Below are positions 40,052-53,979 of a stretch of DNA of 64,000 bases, in pieces. Each line of letters opens with the position of its first letter. The stretch's first letter is position 1. The translations under genes and the position numbers were made by a program. This stretch comes from Octopus vulgaris (taxonomy: Eukaryota). The notes beneath the pieces are model-generated. The model ran no database searches and had not been told where the DNA came from. It saw nothing but the letters and a program-made list of their open reading frames with translations. Location of the stretch: contig OX597818.1 in the NCBI GenBank assembly GCA_951406725.2, positions 113,212,001-113,276,000 on the forward strand. The letters are read 5' to 3'.

Positions 40052-40579
40052 TACTTAATCACAACTTATTAACCTTCTATGGACGATATCGTCATCAAAT
40101 AATCTTTCGACACATAGTCATTAATCGGCCATGAAATTAGATTCCCAGAAGCCACATATCTTACCTCAATCCGTCCTCTTTGATTTCTTTTATAATTAAT
40201 ATCAGATAAATATCGAGATTTATAATATTTTCTGTCTTTTTTGCTATGAATATACGCGATTACATTTTCGTTCAATCCGAGAGAAGTGATACTACTCCAC
40301 TGCAATATATTCATTAAAAAAAAGCTTCTCGGTATATTTAATTATTTATTTATTCAAATAGTTGACAGGTTTTCTCAGTTTTCATACTCGCACTACCGAT
40401 CTCCTATACTCTCTCTACCATTTCCTTCTACATAGTTATTCTACCTCGAATGGTCATGTCCTTACCTCATCTAGTAGAAGACATAGACCATCCCGACCAT
40501 ATATAAAGGGCGTTGTTCATCAACCTGTTCATATTTTGATAAGTCTTAACTCAACAACATCCTGCGTAGGTGAAGTTCA

Positions 40580-41167
40580 CGTGAGAGCAAAGAAAAGCAC
40601 ACATTCACACTCTGCGCGTGATTAGACTCGAGAAGTTTGTGAGAAACCCATTGACCCAATTTGCCGACTTTTCCGATGACACGCAAGTGTCGATGAATGA
40701 TTGAGTGACCAAATCCAAGCCTCTCTGCTAGTTACGATGGGATTTTGTTCCTCCAGGTTTTGCAGGACGTCCTCGTTGAGCTCTACAGATCTCCCAGGAC
40801 GAGGCTCGTCTTCTAGGCTGTAGTTTCCGACTCAGAATTTCTGGAATCCCCTCTGACACTGGCTTACGCTTATTGTTCGATTTCCATATACTGCATTAAT
40901 ATTCCTCGCACTTTATGTTGCGTTGTTGCATTTATTGAACTCATAAAGCAAAATATGCCGAATATTCTCCTTTGTCACTTCCATTATAGCTTTGAAAAAA
41001 TAAGTGTTAAAATCGAACTGTACTATTCAAAACTTTCACTAAGAATAAGACAAGGTAAAATTACTACCAGCTTTTATAGCAAGCTCATGCAGGTTTTTTA
41101 TCTCGCTCCACTCCCGACTTTTAATTCATGCAATTGAAAAGAACGTATTATTTATGGGATGAACCAC
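40580..41167 (-). mobile_element. Truncated mariner (5' TIR and N-terminal transposase), same family as 28435-29356
   Basis: ATG at 40984; GKVGKLGQWVSHKL corresponds to the WVPHEL motif; one TIR followed by TA. Confidence 0.9.
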
Positions 41168-43032
41168 TATATATGGGATAATCTATTAGTAGACCACTCA
41201 AGTAATTTAGTGATAATCTTTTCAAAGGAATCTCATCGGCCGTTATGCTTCCCATGCAGCATTGTACGTAGGACTTCTGACTAATCAAAGCAATATTCGG
41301 AGACGAATATCATCAACGTCAACTTGCTTTGCACAATGCATAACCGTCGTAAACTTTGCATGGTCGTTACTTTCTTCTGCTTTCGCTCATATTTATTTAT
41401 CTACTGATCCGTATCACGACCCCAAACGTTGAAGTTGAATATTAAAATCATTAACATTCTACATTTAGGTTTAAGGAAGATATAAAATGACACTGTCTTC
41501 TTTGTCAAAGTGTTATAAATACATCTATCATATATAGAGCCTGTGCCGTCTTCCGTTCACTGACATTTAAATTCAGTCCTCTAACACATTATAAAAATCC
41601 GATGCAGAAATCATGCTTAAAACAAACCTTTGTATCAAAATTGCTGCAGAATCATATTTGTTTTGCACTCGAAAAACAATTAAAAAAACGTCGGGACAGA
41701 ATATATAAATATTTTCTACTAACTGGTGCCAAGAAAAATACGATTGAAAACCATAATTTTTGTTTTGTTATATGAGCTATAAGACACGGCACCACTTCTT
41801 CTAAGTAATATAGAGGTGCATGCTTTGTGTTTACTATTTATCCGCTGATCCCTGCACTACGTTACTTTAAAGAGGTGGAAATGAAGGATCGAAACTCCTG
41901 CACGCTATTTTCCTCTTCGCCATTGCCAGGCTGTAAAAATAACGAAAGAAAAGAAAGGAACTGGGAACAAAGCTAATATTACATACCTCTGGATATTATA
42001 GGGTAAAATATTCGATTAAGGACTGATTCAATCTGTAAATTATTCATCCATTCTGCACTTATATTGTCAAAAGAAACGGTTATTGCATGAACGCTATATG
42101 TCCTTTTGATGTCGTTTGCTGTTTAGTATTGTAAACTCTTCTGCAATGAGAACGGAGAATTATATAATCGATTATTGACCATTAGAATCGAACAGTTATC
42201 CATATCACTCTTGCAAATAAATATATATTACGAACATAAGCATTAGATATTTTGAATAAATAATACGGCAGTGAGAAAACAGTTCTTTCATTTATTTTGT
42301 CAACGTTTTCATTTTATATAATTTCCATTGGGTAATGTAATTGACTTTTAAAACCTCTCCGAGATGAACTTCACGGTCGACCACCGGCTTTTAAATTATG
42401 ATTCAATCATTAATTGAATGAATACGCTTCTCAACTATATTTTTGTTTTCTCATAGTACGTCTAGACATTCATGTCTGAGCTTTTTAACTAATAATTCTA
42501 CCATGGATCCGACACTGACTTCTACGACTTAGCTTTGTTACCTTATCATTATTTTTTGCTTCAAATCTCAATCTAAAAGTATTTATGATCGCATGATAAA
42601 ATATTATAGCTATACAGTGCAACGAAAGTTTGTTTTCTTAAGTCTTCATAATATTATATTACGGGAATTTTTTAACTGCAATTGTTTATATGCAATTACA
42701 GTATAGATCACATTTCCTCTATTTTATTACAATACCGAACAGATAAGCCATTTGGTGTCGTAATAAAAAAATCATAATTATATGGATTAGAATAGGCCAA
42801 GCAAAAGTAATGAATTTCTTTTCCACAACTTTTCCCCGCATATAGAAATTGCTTTTATATAGAAGCATTACTCTGTGGCATACGATAGCTGACTGATTTT
42901 GTATTTAAAACTTTCAATATCGTCAATTATGCTGTTAAAATGTCACTCCAATGCATTTGTCAAAAGAGTTTTAGTGCCAGATTTTATCCATCCCTGACAT
43001 AATCAATAAATATTATACAAAAAGAAGTAAAC

Positions 43033-43037
<5 letters not shown>

Positions 43038-43082
<45 letters not shown>

Positions 43083-43162
43083 CATTTATACATAGAGATG
43101 TAAAATAAATATATATATATATATATTATATATATACATACATTTATACATAGAGATGTAAA

Positions 43163-43205
<43 letters not shown>

Positions 43206-43221
43206 TATAAATATAGATATA

Positions 43222-43252
<31 letters not shown>

Positions 43253-43340
43253 TACATACATTTATACATAGAGATGTAAAATAAATATATATATATGTAT
43301 ATATATACATACATTTATACATAGAGATGTAAAATAAATA
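43038..43340. repeat. Compound minisatellite: 4 copies of catacatttatacatagagatgtaaaataaat with (TA)n
   Basis: Seen directly. Confidence 0.9.
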
Positions 43341-43456
43341 CGCACATATACACAACTATAAATCTGTGCTAATATATAATTCTCATTAAATATCTACATC
43401 CCTTTTATGCATACACGTGCGTACGTGTGCGTATTGTATGCATTATATAATATTTT

Positions 43457-43487
<31 letters not shown>

Positions 43488-43557
43488 CATTTTGTATGCA
43501 TATATATAAGTACACACATATATATATATATACATGTTTGTATGCAAATATATAAGT

Positions 43558-43589
<32 letters not shown>

Positions 43590-43981
43590 TTCTATGCATA
43601 TATATAAGCACGTATATATACACACATATATACGCACACATACACACACACACATATATATACATATACATAGGTATATGTATTAATGCATGCATATATG
43701 CATAAGTTATTTTAAAATATATCACATTGATATGCATTATTGAATAGGAAAACCGAATGGACAAAACATCGACACAAAATAGAATATATAAAGATTATCG
43801 GTCCCCGGTAAATCACTTTAGCAACACAACAAAAACTATTTATTTAAAATAGTAAAAAAAATATAAGTATGTTCATATGTGTGTGTGTGTGTGTGTGTGT
43901 ATGCTATATTCCGTTAAGAACGTAGCAAATACAGTATATATAATATATATATATATGTATATTTCTATATATGTATGTATG

Positions 43982-44037
<56 letters not shown>

Positions 44038-44854
44038 TAACGTTCAATGAGCACATAGAATGTACGAATTTTAACAAAGCACATTTTACAGATTATATTA
44101 TATATGTATGTGTTTGTCCATGCACACAAACACACACACACACATGCACACAAGGACACAAATACTTATATATCGATCGATCGATAGATAGATAGATAGA
44201 TTGCTACTGTATGAATTTGTCGAAAACTTAGCAATATGTCAAAATACTTTAATGTAAACAAAATAAAAAAAATATCATTACTGTGTCACAGCTTTATGAA
44301 ATATATTCAGTAGGTGCATTGCAATGTAGATTAGATGAATCTAAATAAATAAAATTATGGTAAAATGTCAGATATATTTTTAAAAGCCGCATTAAATAAG
44401 AAAGGGCAAAGCAGGAAAATTCAATTGACTTCTCAAACTTTAAAAAAACTCAATCCTAACGTCGGTCGTGCATAAACGCCGAGAATAATACTTCAGTGTA
44501 CGAAAACACTGGCGTAAAATTACGATTAAGATTATTATTTTATTGTTTCTTTACGCTCACGTTGCTTTTTTGATTTACATACTTTTATGCTTAATAACTC
44601 TCTAAACAGCAAACGTTTGGAGTAACAAATATATATCAACTGAGCCGTGTACAAAATGAACATATATTTATATGCCTAAGTGCTTATATACGGAGTGTCT
44701 AACAAGGCTGAGACGTTTCTGTTGTCCCTAATGGATATATATCATAGAAAGTCACACACACACACACACACATACACACATATATATATATATATACATA
44801 CACATATATATTGCGTGTGTGTATAGTTTAGGACAATCAGTAAGTTGTCATTAT

Positions 44855-44916
44855 AATAGAACTCGGAGTTTCAAATGCCGGCGTTAAGAGCTACAATGCA
44901 TTCTCTCTGGTGTATT
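44855..44916 (-). ncRNA. Degenerate hammerhead, family G (copy 2)
   Basis: ..GA-GAATG..CATTT-GAAA-CTCcGAG-TT-CTATT; 5' core damaged; homologous to 27376-27433. Confidence 0.6.
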
Positions 44917-44945
44917 TTTACCTACACTTTGTTATGAAAGAAGAG

Positions 44946-44976
<31 letters not shown>

Positions 44977-45679
44977 ATTAATAATAGCTCTGGACTAAAT
45001 AACAGCAAGAATGTACACTGAGAAGATCTCTCCACGAAACATACTTAATCCAATAACATGGGTGCAATGGAAGGAAAACTTCGCGATACAATTATGGGAA
45101 AAGTTCTTTGAAAGTAAAGGAACTAAAACATCGGAAAGATTTTTCTTTGATAGTGTAGTGTGCTTCTTAAAAGCGTGATACCTCATTGTGACAAGACGAC
45201 GAAAGCAGCAGGTGAAACCCTGGAAAAACACACAAAACACACCAACTACACAGTAAGTACATAACTTGAATAATTATCTGTACATGACTGTCCATACATC
45301 CATATGCACATGCTAATATTTACAAGTTACATAAATAATGGCTACACGACACACATGTAGACATAGGAAATTTTTTAAAATCATGCCGAACAAAACAGAG
45401 ACAAAGCGACTTCCCAAATCAATCACTCTGTTTAAAATATCCCTAAAACATTATACCCGGAAACAATATGATTCTTTTGTCATACCTTCTGAGCCTTTGG
45501 GCTTTCAGTTCTATTCGTTGTAAAGCCCGCATTATGCCCGGAAACAAAAAAAATATAGGCGCTTTTGGATCTATCAGTACGATATGACAAATACATCCAT
45601 TCGAAGAACAAATAAGCGGTGTCGTGTCAAAAAGTCAACCCTGAACAAACAGATCCGTCTCTTATTGTCACCGCTAATG

Positions 45680-47740
45680 CTTTAATGACATGCCAAAACT
45701 CATGCCGGATCGGGCATCGTCCGGGACAAGGACCGTGTTACCCAGTGAGGAACCAGACTGGGGTCGAAAAGTCTGCTGCTTGAACAAACTCTCTAAAAAG
45801 ACTAACTATCAGGTAACCAGAACCAGGATAAGCTTAACAGTAGACCTGTAGTGATACTACTAAAAACACCACCTAAATCAAAACGCATAAAAAGAACTGG
45901 AGAGTATTATAGAGATGGGATGAAAGCTTTCTATACAGCCCAACGAAATCTAAGGAATAAGCTCATTGTACAAACATACGCATCATGGGGAAACTTAATA
46001 GGCAGCGAAGTACGCAGTTATATAGACACTAATAAATTAAAGTAATGTGTGCAGATACGTCATTAAGAATAAAAGGTTAACTGGTTAACTGACGCTCAAA
46101 TTAGCCAAATTATCACCAGATGAAAACAGCAACAATGCAGATAAATTAGTTAAGATGCACGGAACCCAGTGTACGAGCAGTACATCCCCACGAAGAAGCT
46201 GAAGAAAGAATAATGAAGAAAAGATATGGAGAAAGTAGACCTGCGTGAAGAACACTCGAATAGATATGATACAGAATTCGAGGTGAATGATAAAGAGAAG
46301 ATCATGAAAGCAAAAGAAGATATTATGAGAGAATTCAGCAAGACTGAGTCTACTGACATGATCAATAGAGAACCGCTACGAAATTTATCAAACACCATAA
46401 AAAACCAACATAATCATGATATATATAATGTTGCTCTTGGACAGATCTTAAGAAATAAAGAAAATGATTTAACAACTGTATATAACCTCATCTATTCCAC
46501 TGCTTAAGTTGTAACTACTCAATTAGGTATCATTACGAAATAAAAGGACTAACCGTGTCAATAGACCTCCTAAGTAGAAAATAGCAATACAAAAAGAGAT
46601 TGAATCTCCGCGGGCAGATGAATCAGTTCTCGATGAACTTTCTAGAAGAGTAAATGTTAAGACGAAGCGAGCTAGATAAATCAAACAAAAATATAAAACC
46701 AAAGAGTTTATAAACCTTCCTGCAAGCAAGGAACTATTGAAACAACGAATATAGCTGAAATCCCAACGGCTTAGAAAGTCTGATAAAAGAATTATATTTT
46801 ATTGACTAAACAAGATATTCAAGATGGATGCAAAGACATTTTAAAGGGAAATTGGCAAAAATAAGATAGAAGTAAAGGAGCCACCTAAGACTGAGGAAAT
46901 GGAAGAGTTCCTGAAGAAGATATGGAGAAACAAAAAAGAATCTGATTCTAAAGCTGACTGGATAGAACATGAGAAAGTCAGACGGGATGAAGAGTCAATA
47001 GGGGCAGAAATTCTCATAAATGGAAAAATTCTAGGACTGGACCGGATCCCTAATTCCTGCCTGAATTGTTTCACAGAAGTACACCAACATTTTGCGAATT
47101 CAAAAATCGTCACGATAGGGTAGGACAGTATTTACTTTGGAAAATATGTAAACACTACAAAATGAGTACCCCTGGTTACTGGTATGAACATCATCCTAAG
47201 TCAGTCATTGAAGGTAAAAATGTTACCATTCTCTGGAATTTTACAGGCGACACCGACAGAACGGTCCAAGTTAATCGACAAGACATAGTTGTAGACTAAC
47301 AGATATAAGTGTTCCAACTAAAAAAAAAACATATCTGTAAAGGAATTTGACAAATTAAGTAAATATAAGGATCTGTAAATTGAAATACAAAAGATATGGC
47401 ATCTGAAAACGAGAACTGTTCTTGTTATTGTAGGTGACCTAGGTATGATAAGAAAGGAATATCAGAAACATCTAGATAATATTACAGAAGAACAATCTCT
47501 CAATGTCTCAGAGAAATCCAAAATATTTTGCTGACAAGTGCTGCCCACATCCTTAGAAGAACCCTATTAATTTAAATGTCTGTGTTGTATTACATGAAAT
47601 TATTTCGCTGCTGCCCTTCCAATTCCCCTTCTCACGCTTTTAGTCATAATGTAACTTCTCTTCTCCTTCATTCGCCATTGGATGCTGCTTGTTTATGGGC
47701 AAGTGATTGTAACAAAGATGCAGATTAAAAGAAAAAAAAA
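45680..47740 (+). pseudogene. R4/Dong-like non-LTR retrotransposon relic, RT domain deleted
   Basis: N-terminal region plus RHDRVGQYLLWKICKHY..WYEHHP.SVIE..TILWNF..TDRTV..NRQDIVV (restriction-like endonuclease). Ends in poly-A followed by (TAA)n. Confidence 0.85.
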
Positions 47741-47772
47741 TAATAATAATAATCAATAATAATACAAGTAAT

Positions 47773-47912
47773 GGGGGAGGAGGAATGATGCAGGTTGAAT
47801 TGTGCTATAAGACCTCCACAGTAGCAATGAACAGATACTTATCTAATATGGAGGACTGGACGCCGCGACTTGCGTGTAAACACGGGAGCAACAAAAAATC
47901 ACATTCGATTGT
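47773..47912 (+). pseudogene. Internal R4/Dong fragment
   Basis: GGGGMMQVELCYKTSTVAMNRYL...DW..LACKH..KKSHSIV resembles the post-RT GGRGL region. Confidence 0.55.
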
Positions 47913-48294
47913 CCCTTAGTGGCAGACGATATGCGCATCTCTGATCACGAGCAGAAGTGGTGGGAAGCGACATAGCTATGTGTTGAGAGAAATTCTTTGG
48001 GATTTGAATAATTTACCTCTAGAAACACGAGTGTTTCGATCAACAGCCTTAAACATTCCTTATTAAGCGTCCCTTTGAACAGGATGAGCCACTGAACATG
48101 AAGAAAATTCTAACTGGGCCCCACTGCAAGGTCATGTGCTGATTATCTTGATATGAGATCACCATGTCGCACACATATGGTTGTGATGCATGTGCCTAGT
48201 GTACCCTTATCAGACGGGTAGTCGTGATGGGTATACTGAGTTTCGTATATTTAACCCCAGTGCCACTTTGATGGCATGCACTGCTCTCTCACTC

Positions 48295-48295
<1 letters not shown>
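47913..48295 (-). mobile_element. Repeat beginning at (ATT)n; probable 5' end of a (TAA)n-targeting non-LTR element
   Basis: Sharp boundary with (AAT)n at 48295 and GC-richer, structured sequence. Identity is inferred. Confidence 0.4.
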
Positions 48296-48326
<31 letters not shown>

Positions 48327-48329
48327 TTT

Positions 48330-48550
48330 ATTTCTTCATAGCCCTCAGGGAGCTAAACATAGAGGAGACAGACAAGGGGATTAAGTCGATTACATCGACC
48401 CCAGCGATTAACTGGTACTTATTTAATCGAGCCCGAAAGGATGAAAGGCAAAGTCAACCCCGACGGGATTTGAACTCAGACCATAAAGACAGGCGAAATA
48501 CTGCTACGCATTTCGTCCGGTGTGCTAACATTTCTGCCAGCTTACCGCCT
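48330..48550 (-). mobile_element. SINE S1 (alternative tail) within (AAT)n
   Basis: Homology to 20656-20884. Confidence 0.85.
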
Positions 48551-48581
48551 TCGGTTAATAATAATAATGATAATAATAATG

Positions 48582-48625
<44 letters not shown>

Positions 48626-50534
48626 TGTAAATGATGGGGAGGTTAATAATAATCAATTCTCATATGTTTTTATTTATTTTAGTGTCCAGGGAAACTGCAA
48701 AACATACTTTGGAATAGAAGTACTTCATATATTTAGGAGTGTTATACGCAATTATTAATATCGACAGATAAGTGACAGTATAGAATTGCACATATTTGTA
48801 AAGTATACTTGAATAATTATCAGTTTGTAACAACATTTACACTTTATTAATAATCATTTATTACTCTGCGTGTTTCACAGGTCACATTTTATCTAAATCC
48901 CTCCTGGAAAGATCACATATATTAATAATAATAATATACTAAGTCAGTTCAGTCGTCCACGCCGCCTTCATTTGTACAGCCTGGCGTATTAATATCCATC
49001 TCCCTCTTCCGTTTGTAGATATAGAATATACGTCTCAATTATATTCATGAGTGCGTAGCATCAACTCTCATATTTCTAAAAGGTTTTACGGTAGAAGACA
49101 CTAACTAAGAGAAAAAGGAGAACCCGAGGGAAATTAATAGATATTAATGCTAGATAAATGGCTTCAGCGATTCAAAATAACAAATCGTCACTGACGCAAC
49201 AATTTTAATGAAAAACAAACAAAATCTTTCACCGTGCAAACTTTGTCCTTGCGTTAACTGTCACCATGATATTCATGGAATTAAAAATTATGGCACCAAG
49301 ATTTCGGGATTAGTCTTGCAGTAGTAATCACCAATTTCAGTTACTCTTTACTCTTTTAAGATTTTGAAATAACAATGTAAATATCAGTTGCATTTCGAAA
49401 CAATTATTATTTTCTTTATAATACATTCATTACTGTCTAGAGAGAGAGAGATGGAAAATTTAATTTAAAATGATGCGTAGTAATACATTTCAATATGAAA
49501 ATCTATAGGTTATCAGTGAGTAGCATTCAATTAATACTTCAACAAGATTTACTGAAGTTAAAGATTTACAGATTAGGATTCTTCTCGGAAATTGTCAGCT
49601 TGTGAGTGATTAAATGGCTGAGCAATATCATAGTGGCACAACATTAAACCCAGTACAAATATTACTCCGGAATACACATCCAATTACACAGTAAATCCAT
49701 TAAAGCTACGACAGCCAAATTCATGTATATTTCAAGAATTTCTACTGAAATCAGTTGAGAAACTTACGATGCACTTCATTGCAGATCTGACATTTTGATG
49801 TTATCCATCAAGGGAATCCGGTGAACTTTGTCATAAGTTTTAAAATAAGATGGAACTGAATTTCCTGAGGTCATAATTATGAATTAGAGAAAAGCGCAAT
49901 TTAAGCTTGTCAAATAATAAATAATAGATATACTTTTCTAAGTCACACGTTTCAATGCTTATACATCCTTTTTTAAGAAACATCTCGAATTATTAAGAAA
50001 CATCTCGAATTATTAAGAAACATCTTTCATTATTTAGAATGCATCTTACATTGTATGCTGTTCGCCTCTTTTAATTTTGTTCAACTTGAGGTTTCTAGCA
50101 ACGTTATATTATTTCTTAGATCTTATAAATTAGATATTATTTCTTATTGTAATTATGAAAGTTACTCCACAACAGAAACGTTTTGCTACCCATTTTCCAT
50201 TTGCTTACGTCGCATATAGAACTGGAGACAAATTGGGGAGAATCTTGCCCAAGACTACTGTTGAAGATAAAATATATTGTTTGCTGTGGTATTTTAATTC
50301 GTGAGAATTTTGACAACTGCAAACTACCTTTGCTTCTCATTCGTAATTAGCAGACATCACCATATGTTTAATATTTTAGCACCTCCCGAATCAAAGGTTA
50401 TTTCAATAAATCAATAATCTTCCTTGTAAATATTTATGATTTATAATTTCACTTGATGTATTGTATATCGCTTACCGACCTTCACAACGTGTTTATATAA
50501 CGTATCCGTCTCACACGACTTCAAAAATTCATCT

Positions 50535-50797
50535 CACAGATTACCCAATCTCTCTGCTTTCTCTATCTCTTCAAGCTCCTGAGGATGACGACCATTATTA
50601 GTATTACTAAAACGATTACATGGTATTTTAGCCAGGATGTCTATAGCAAAAACCCCGAATCTGGAGGGTCGATGTGTATACTTTAGTCTGACTCCTCCTC
50701 TTCGACCAAACCAGCAAGGGGAACACGTCCCCCAGTGGCACATGCTCAAGGGATCGTAAGAGTACGCAAGCCTCCCCGCCACGTCAAGGCGACACAC
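50535..50797 (-). mobile_element. RTE/Expander-like 5' UTR
   Basis: cgccttgacgtggcggggaggcttgcgtac..gatccc..gagc..ggtc..gaggagtcagactaaag resembles, from memory, RTE-clade 5' ends. Confidence 0.55.
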
Positions 50798-50811
50798 ATG
50801 AGCCCATACAT

Positions 50812-51078
50812 GTTCAGATTAGATGAAGCAAATGGAGATGGATCGGATACACACTGCGGAAAGAACCCTCAAATGTGACACAAGAAGCACTTGACTGGAA
50901 CCCGCAGGGGGAAAAGAAAGCGAGGACGCCCGAAGCAGACAGGGAAGCGGAGCGTTTTGGACGAGCTCAGGACCACCGGCCTAACAGGGGAAGCAGCCAA
51001 GAAACACACCAATGACCGCAAAAAGTGGAAAACATCTGTTCAGGCCCTATGCTCCACAAGGAGCAAAAAGGATTAAGA
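50812..51078 (+). pseudogene. RTE-clade LINE 3' end
   Basis: KWRWIGYTLRKEPSNVTQEALDWNPQG/KRKRGRPKQT..DRKKWKTSVQALCST. Confidence 0.85.
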
Positions 51079-52670
51079 ATGTAATGCAGCCGATTGATAT
51101 GTTATACTTTGTACTTTTACGGCCTATATTAGAAAACAATTTCTATTGCAATTATAGCCTTCCATACCTGAGTATATCATACATCAGTCTATATATCCCT
51201 TACAATTGTGAATAAAGAAGTGATACAGACCCGAAGAAAAGAAATGCGACCTTCGTAGCTTTACAACATGTATTCCATATATGAGTGTTTTTGTCTGTGT
51301 GTGCGTATTATACAAGTTAAATAATATCAGTTGAAACTCAGGTGCTATAATTTTATAATTGTATAACTGAAATGCTATACAGTTAGTTTCACACTAAGAT
51401 GTTATTTATAGCAAAAGGGGAAAATGTTGTCAAAGAAAATATCATAGTTATTATTTGCTGTGTATGCATTAAAGTGTTGACCAGGCATTAGTAATTTAAT
51501 CTGAATAATTTACTCAAAAAACTGAATTCTAATTTACTTTTACATAGAACTTATTTTTGCTTTTAATCTGACACAAACTGCTCGAAATTTCCTTGGTAAT
51601 TTGGCACAAAGTTTCCGGCAAAACAGAACAAATTGTTACAGCAGACTGCGTTATAAAATATTCTTGGTAATCTGATAAAAGCCTCACTAATGGAAAGATG
51701 TTCAATTTGAATAGCTAAAAAAATAGAAAATAAACAACTCAAGGGCTTCATAATATGTTAAAATTTCTTTTCAAATGTCTTTGCGGCTTTTTTCATCGTT
51801 AGCATTACATTTAACGACAGTCTAATAACATGAAAACTTCAATTAAATGAGTCATGCAACTTTCTCGATAGAAACTATGTTTCTTTCATGTTTTTTGTTC
51901 ATTGTCTGGCTTTTATTGAGGCTGCTTGTTATTTTATTGATGCCATCAATTCCAGTTAACACAAGTAAAGTCAGTGCTTACTTACAAATTCCAACTTCTT
52001 TCGGTTAGAATTGCTTTTCAGTGAGCACTCTATGTAATTAAGTAGCGGTTACCATACAACAACGGCTTAGAACGATTTGTAACAATTCAAATGTTGTATA
52101 CAGGATAAATGAGAACACTGTCTGAAACATAATACAATTTAACAAATGAAGTTTTACTACAACATTTTATATGTAAATACTTCCACTCGTTGTAAGATAG
52201 AAATTTACTAGCACCGCAGATAACCATGAAATCTTGAGGAACCTATTTTAAATCATGATTTCTTGCTTCTAGCCAATTCGCTTCGCTAACAAAACTAATA
52301 GTCTCAAGAATCTTATTTCTTGCCTGATTGTTGATTTTGGCCTAAATTATCCGTTGCCACTATTCACAATTTACAAGATGATGACCACCGTCATGATTGT
52401 GACGATAACATTGATTGTTAGATGTTAATTATTAAGATGAAGATGCTGCCGTCAGACATCATCCTAACTATTGTTGTCACGAGTAGTGCTAATAAAACAA
52501 TATCTTCAATAATTTAAACATTAACGGATGGCATATTAATCATTGTAACTTGTTTCTTTTCAACTGATTATTCTCAAACCTCCTCGTCTCATTATTATCA
52601 TCGTTATCGTTTCTGTTAGACTAACATGATCATCATCACCACCATTATCATCATCATCATCATTATTATT

Positions 52671-53579
52671 GATTTACTTCTCATAGCCCTCGGTCTTGTT
52701 TGCTCTGGTAGATTCTGTGAGAGCGCACAGCAGCCTGCTGTCACAGGTCTCACAAGGTCTCTTACTACACATTATAACCTTTGATATTTAGTTTTTAAAC
52801 ATTGTGAGAGACATTCATCAGCCAAGTACCAATCGCAAAATCCTAGCTGTCCCCAGCAGAGCCGCTAGGGGGCACAACAGATTAGACTGCATGAAAAGAA
52901 AAGTCTTAAAATCGGGCAATGCCAAGAACCCTTCTAAGTATCGTGGCTGTCTCTAGTAACACTGTTTCCTGGAGCTGTACTAAACTGGGTTTTATGGCTA
53001 TTTCCTCTACCCATCTGTTGAAATCTTTAGGGATAGTCCCTAATAAACCTATAACTACTGAGATAAATTTTACCCGCACTTTCCATAGTTTCTCTAAATC
53101 AATGCCAAGGTCATAGTATTTTCCTATTTTCTTTAAACCTCTCATATTGATTCTTTCATCATTTGTGACTGTAAAGTGAATTTCTGGCATTTTCTATTCT
53201 CTTTACTACTACTAAATCAATCCTTCTAGATTATATTGCACTGTCAGTTTGAACATTAAAGTCCTACAACATCGTATATTTCATACATTCTAGTACTTTA
53301 CTAGGTTCACGTTCATACCATTTATCAGTATGGTCAAAGTATAGCTTTCTGCATGACTGCCACTGGGTTATTCTCACTAGATTGTCATGACTTTTATTGT
53401 ATTCTTTCTGTGCCAGCATGATATGTTCACTTACTATATGAGTAAGACATTACTGTTTTGATTTGTATAACCGACATTGGTAATCCACTTGGTCTTTGTC
53501 TTGGTTTTTATCCAATTAGTCCTCAATGCTTGATCTTTTGCTGCTCCTAACAATATTCTACCTACTTTTCCGGCCTTCC

Positions 53580-53580
<1 letters not shown>
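52671..53580 (-). pseudogene. 5'-truncated R4/Dong-like relic between (ATT)n tracts
   Basis: KYYDL..DLEKLWKV..ISVVIGLLGTIPK..LQETVLLETATILRRVL, with upstream KWYEREP. Confidence 0.85.
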
Positions 53581-53634
<54 letters not shown>

Positions 53635-53928
53635 CTGTAAAGAATAAAAAGTTTTGAATGGTACAACAATGCACTAAAATACAAACAAGTGGCTGTATAC
53701 CTGTTATAATTTAGTCACCCATAGTTTGATAATATTTCGGAATAGAATTCCTTCTTCAGATATTCTTAGACGAAGTTCCTACTATAATCGGTTTTCCAAT
53801 GGCTCATCTTTCGGAAGCATCTCAGCAGTGGTCTCACGAATTCCTCAAGAGAAGTGCGTAAGGTCAGCCATGTCTCAATCTCGGAAGTAATAATTACTCA
53901 AATTAAGGACATTCCTAATGTATGTTTG

Positions 53929-53979
<51 letters not shown>

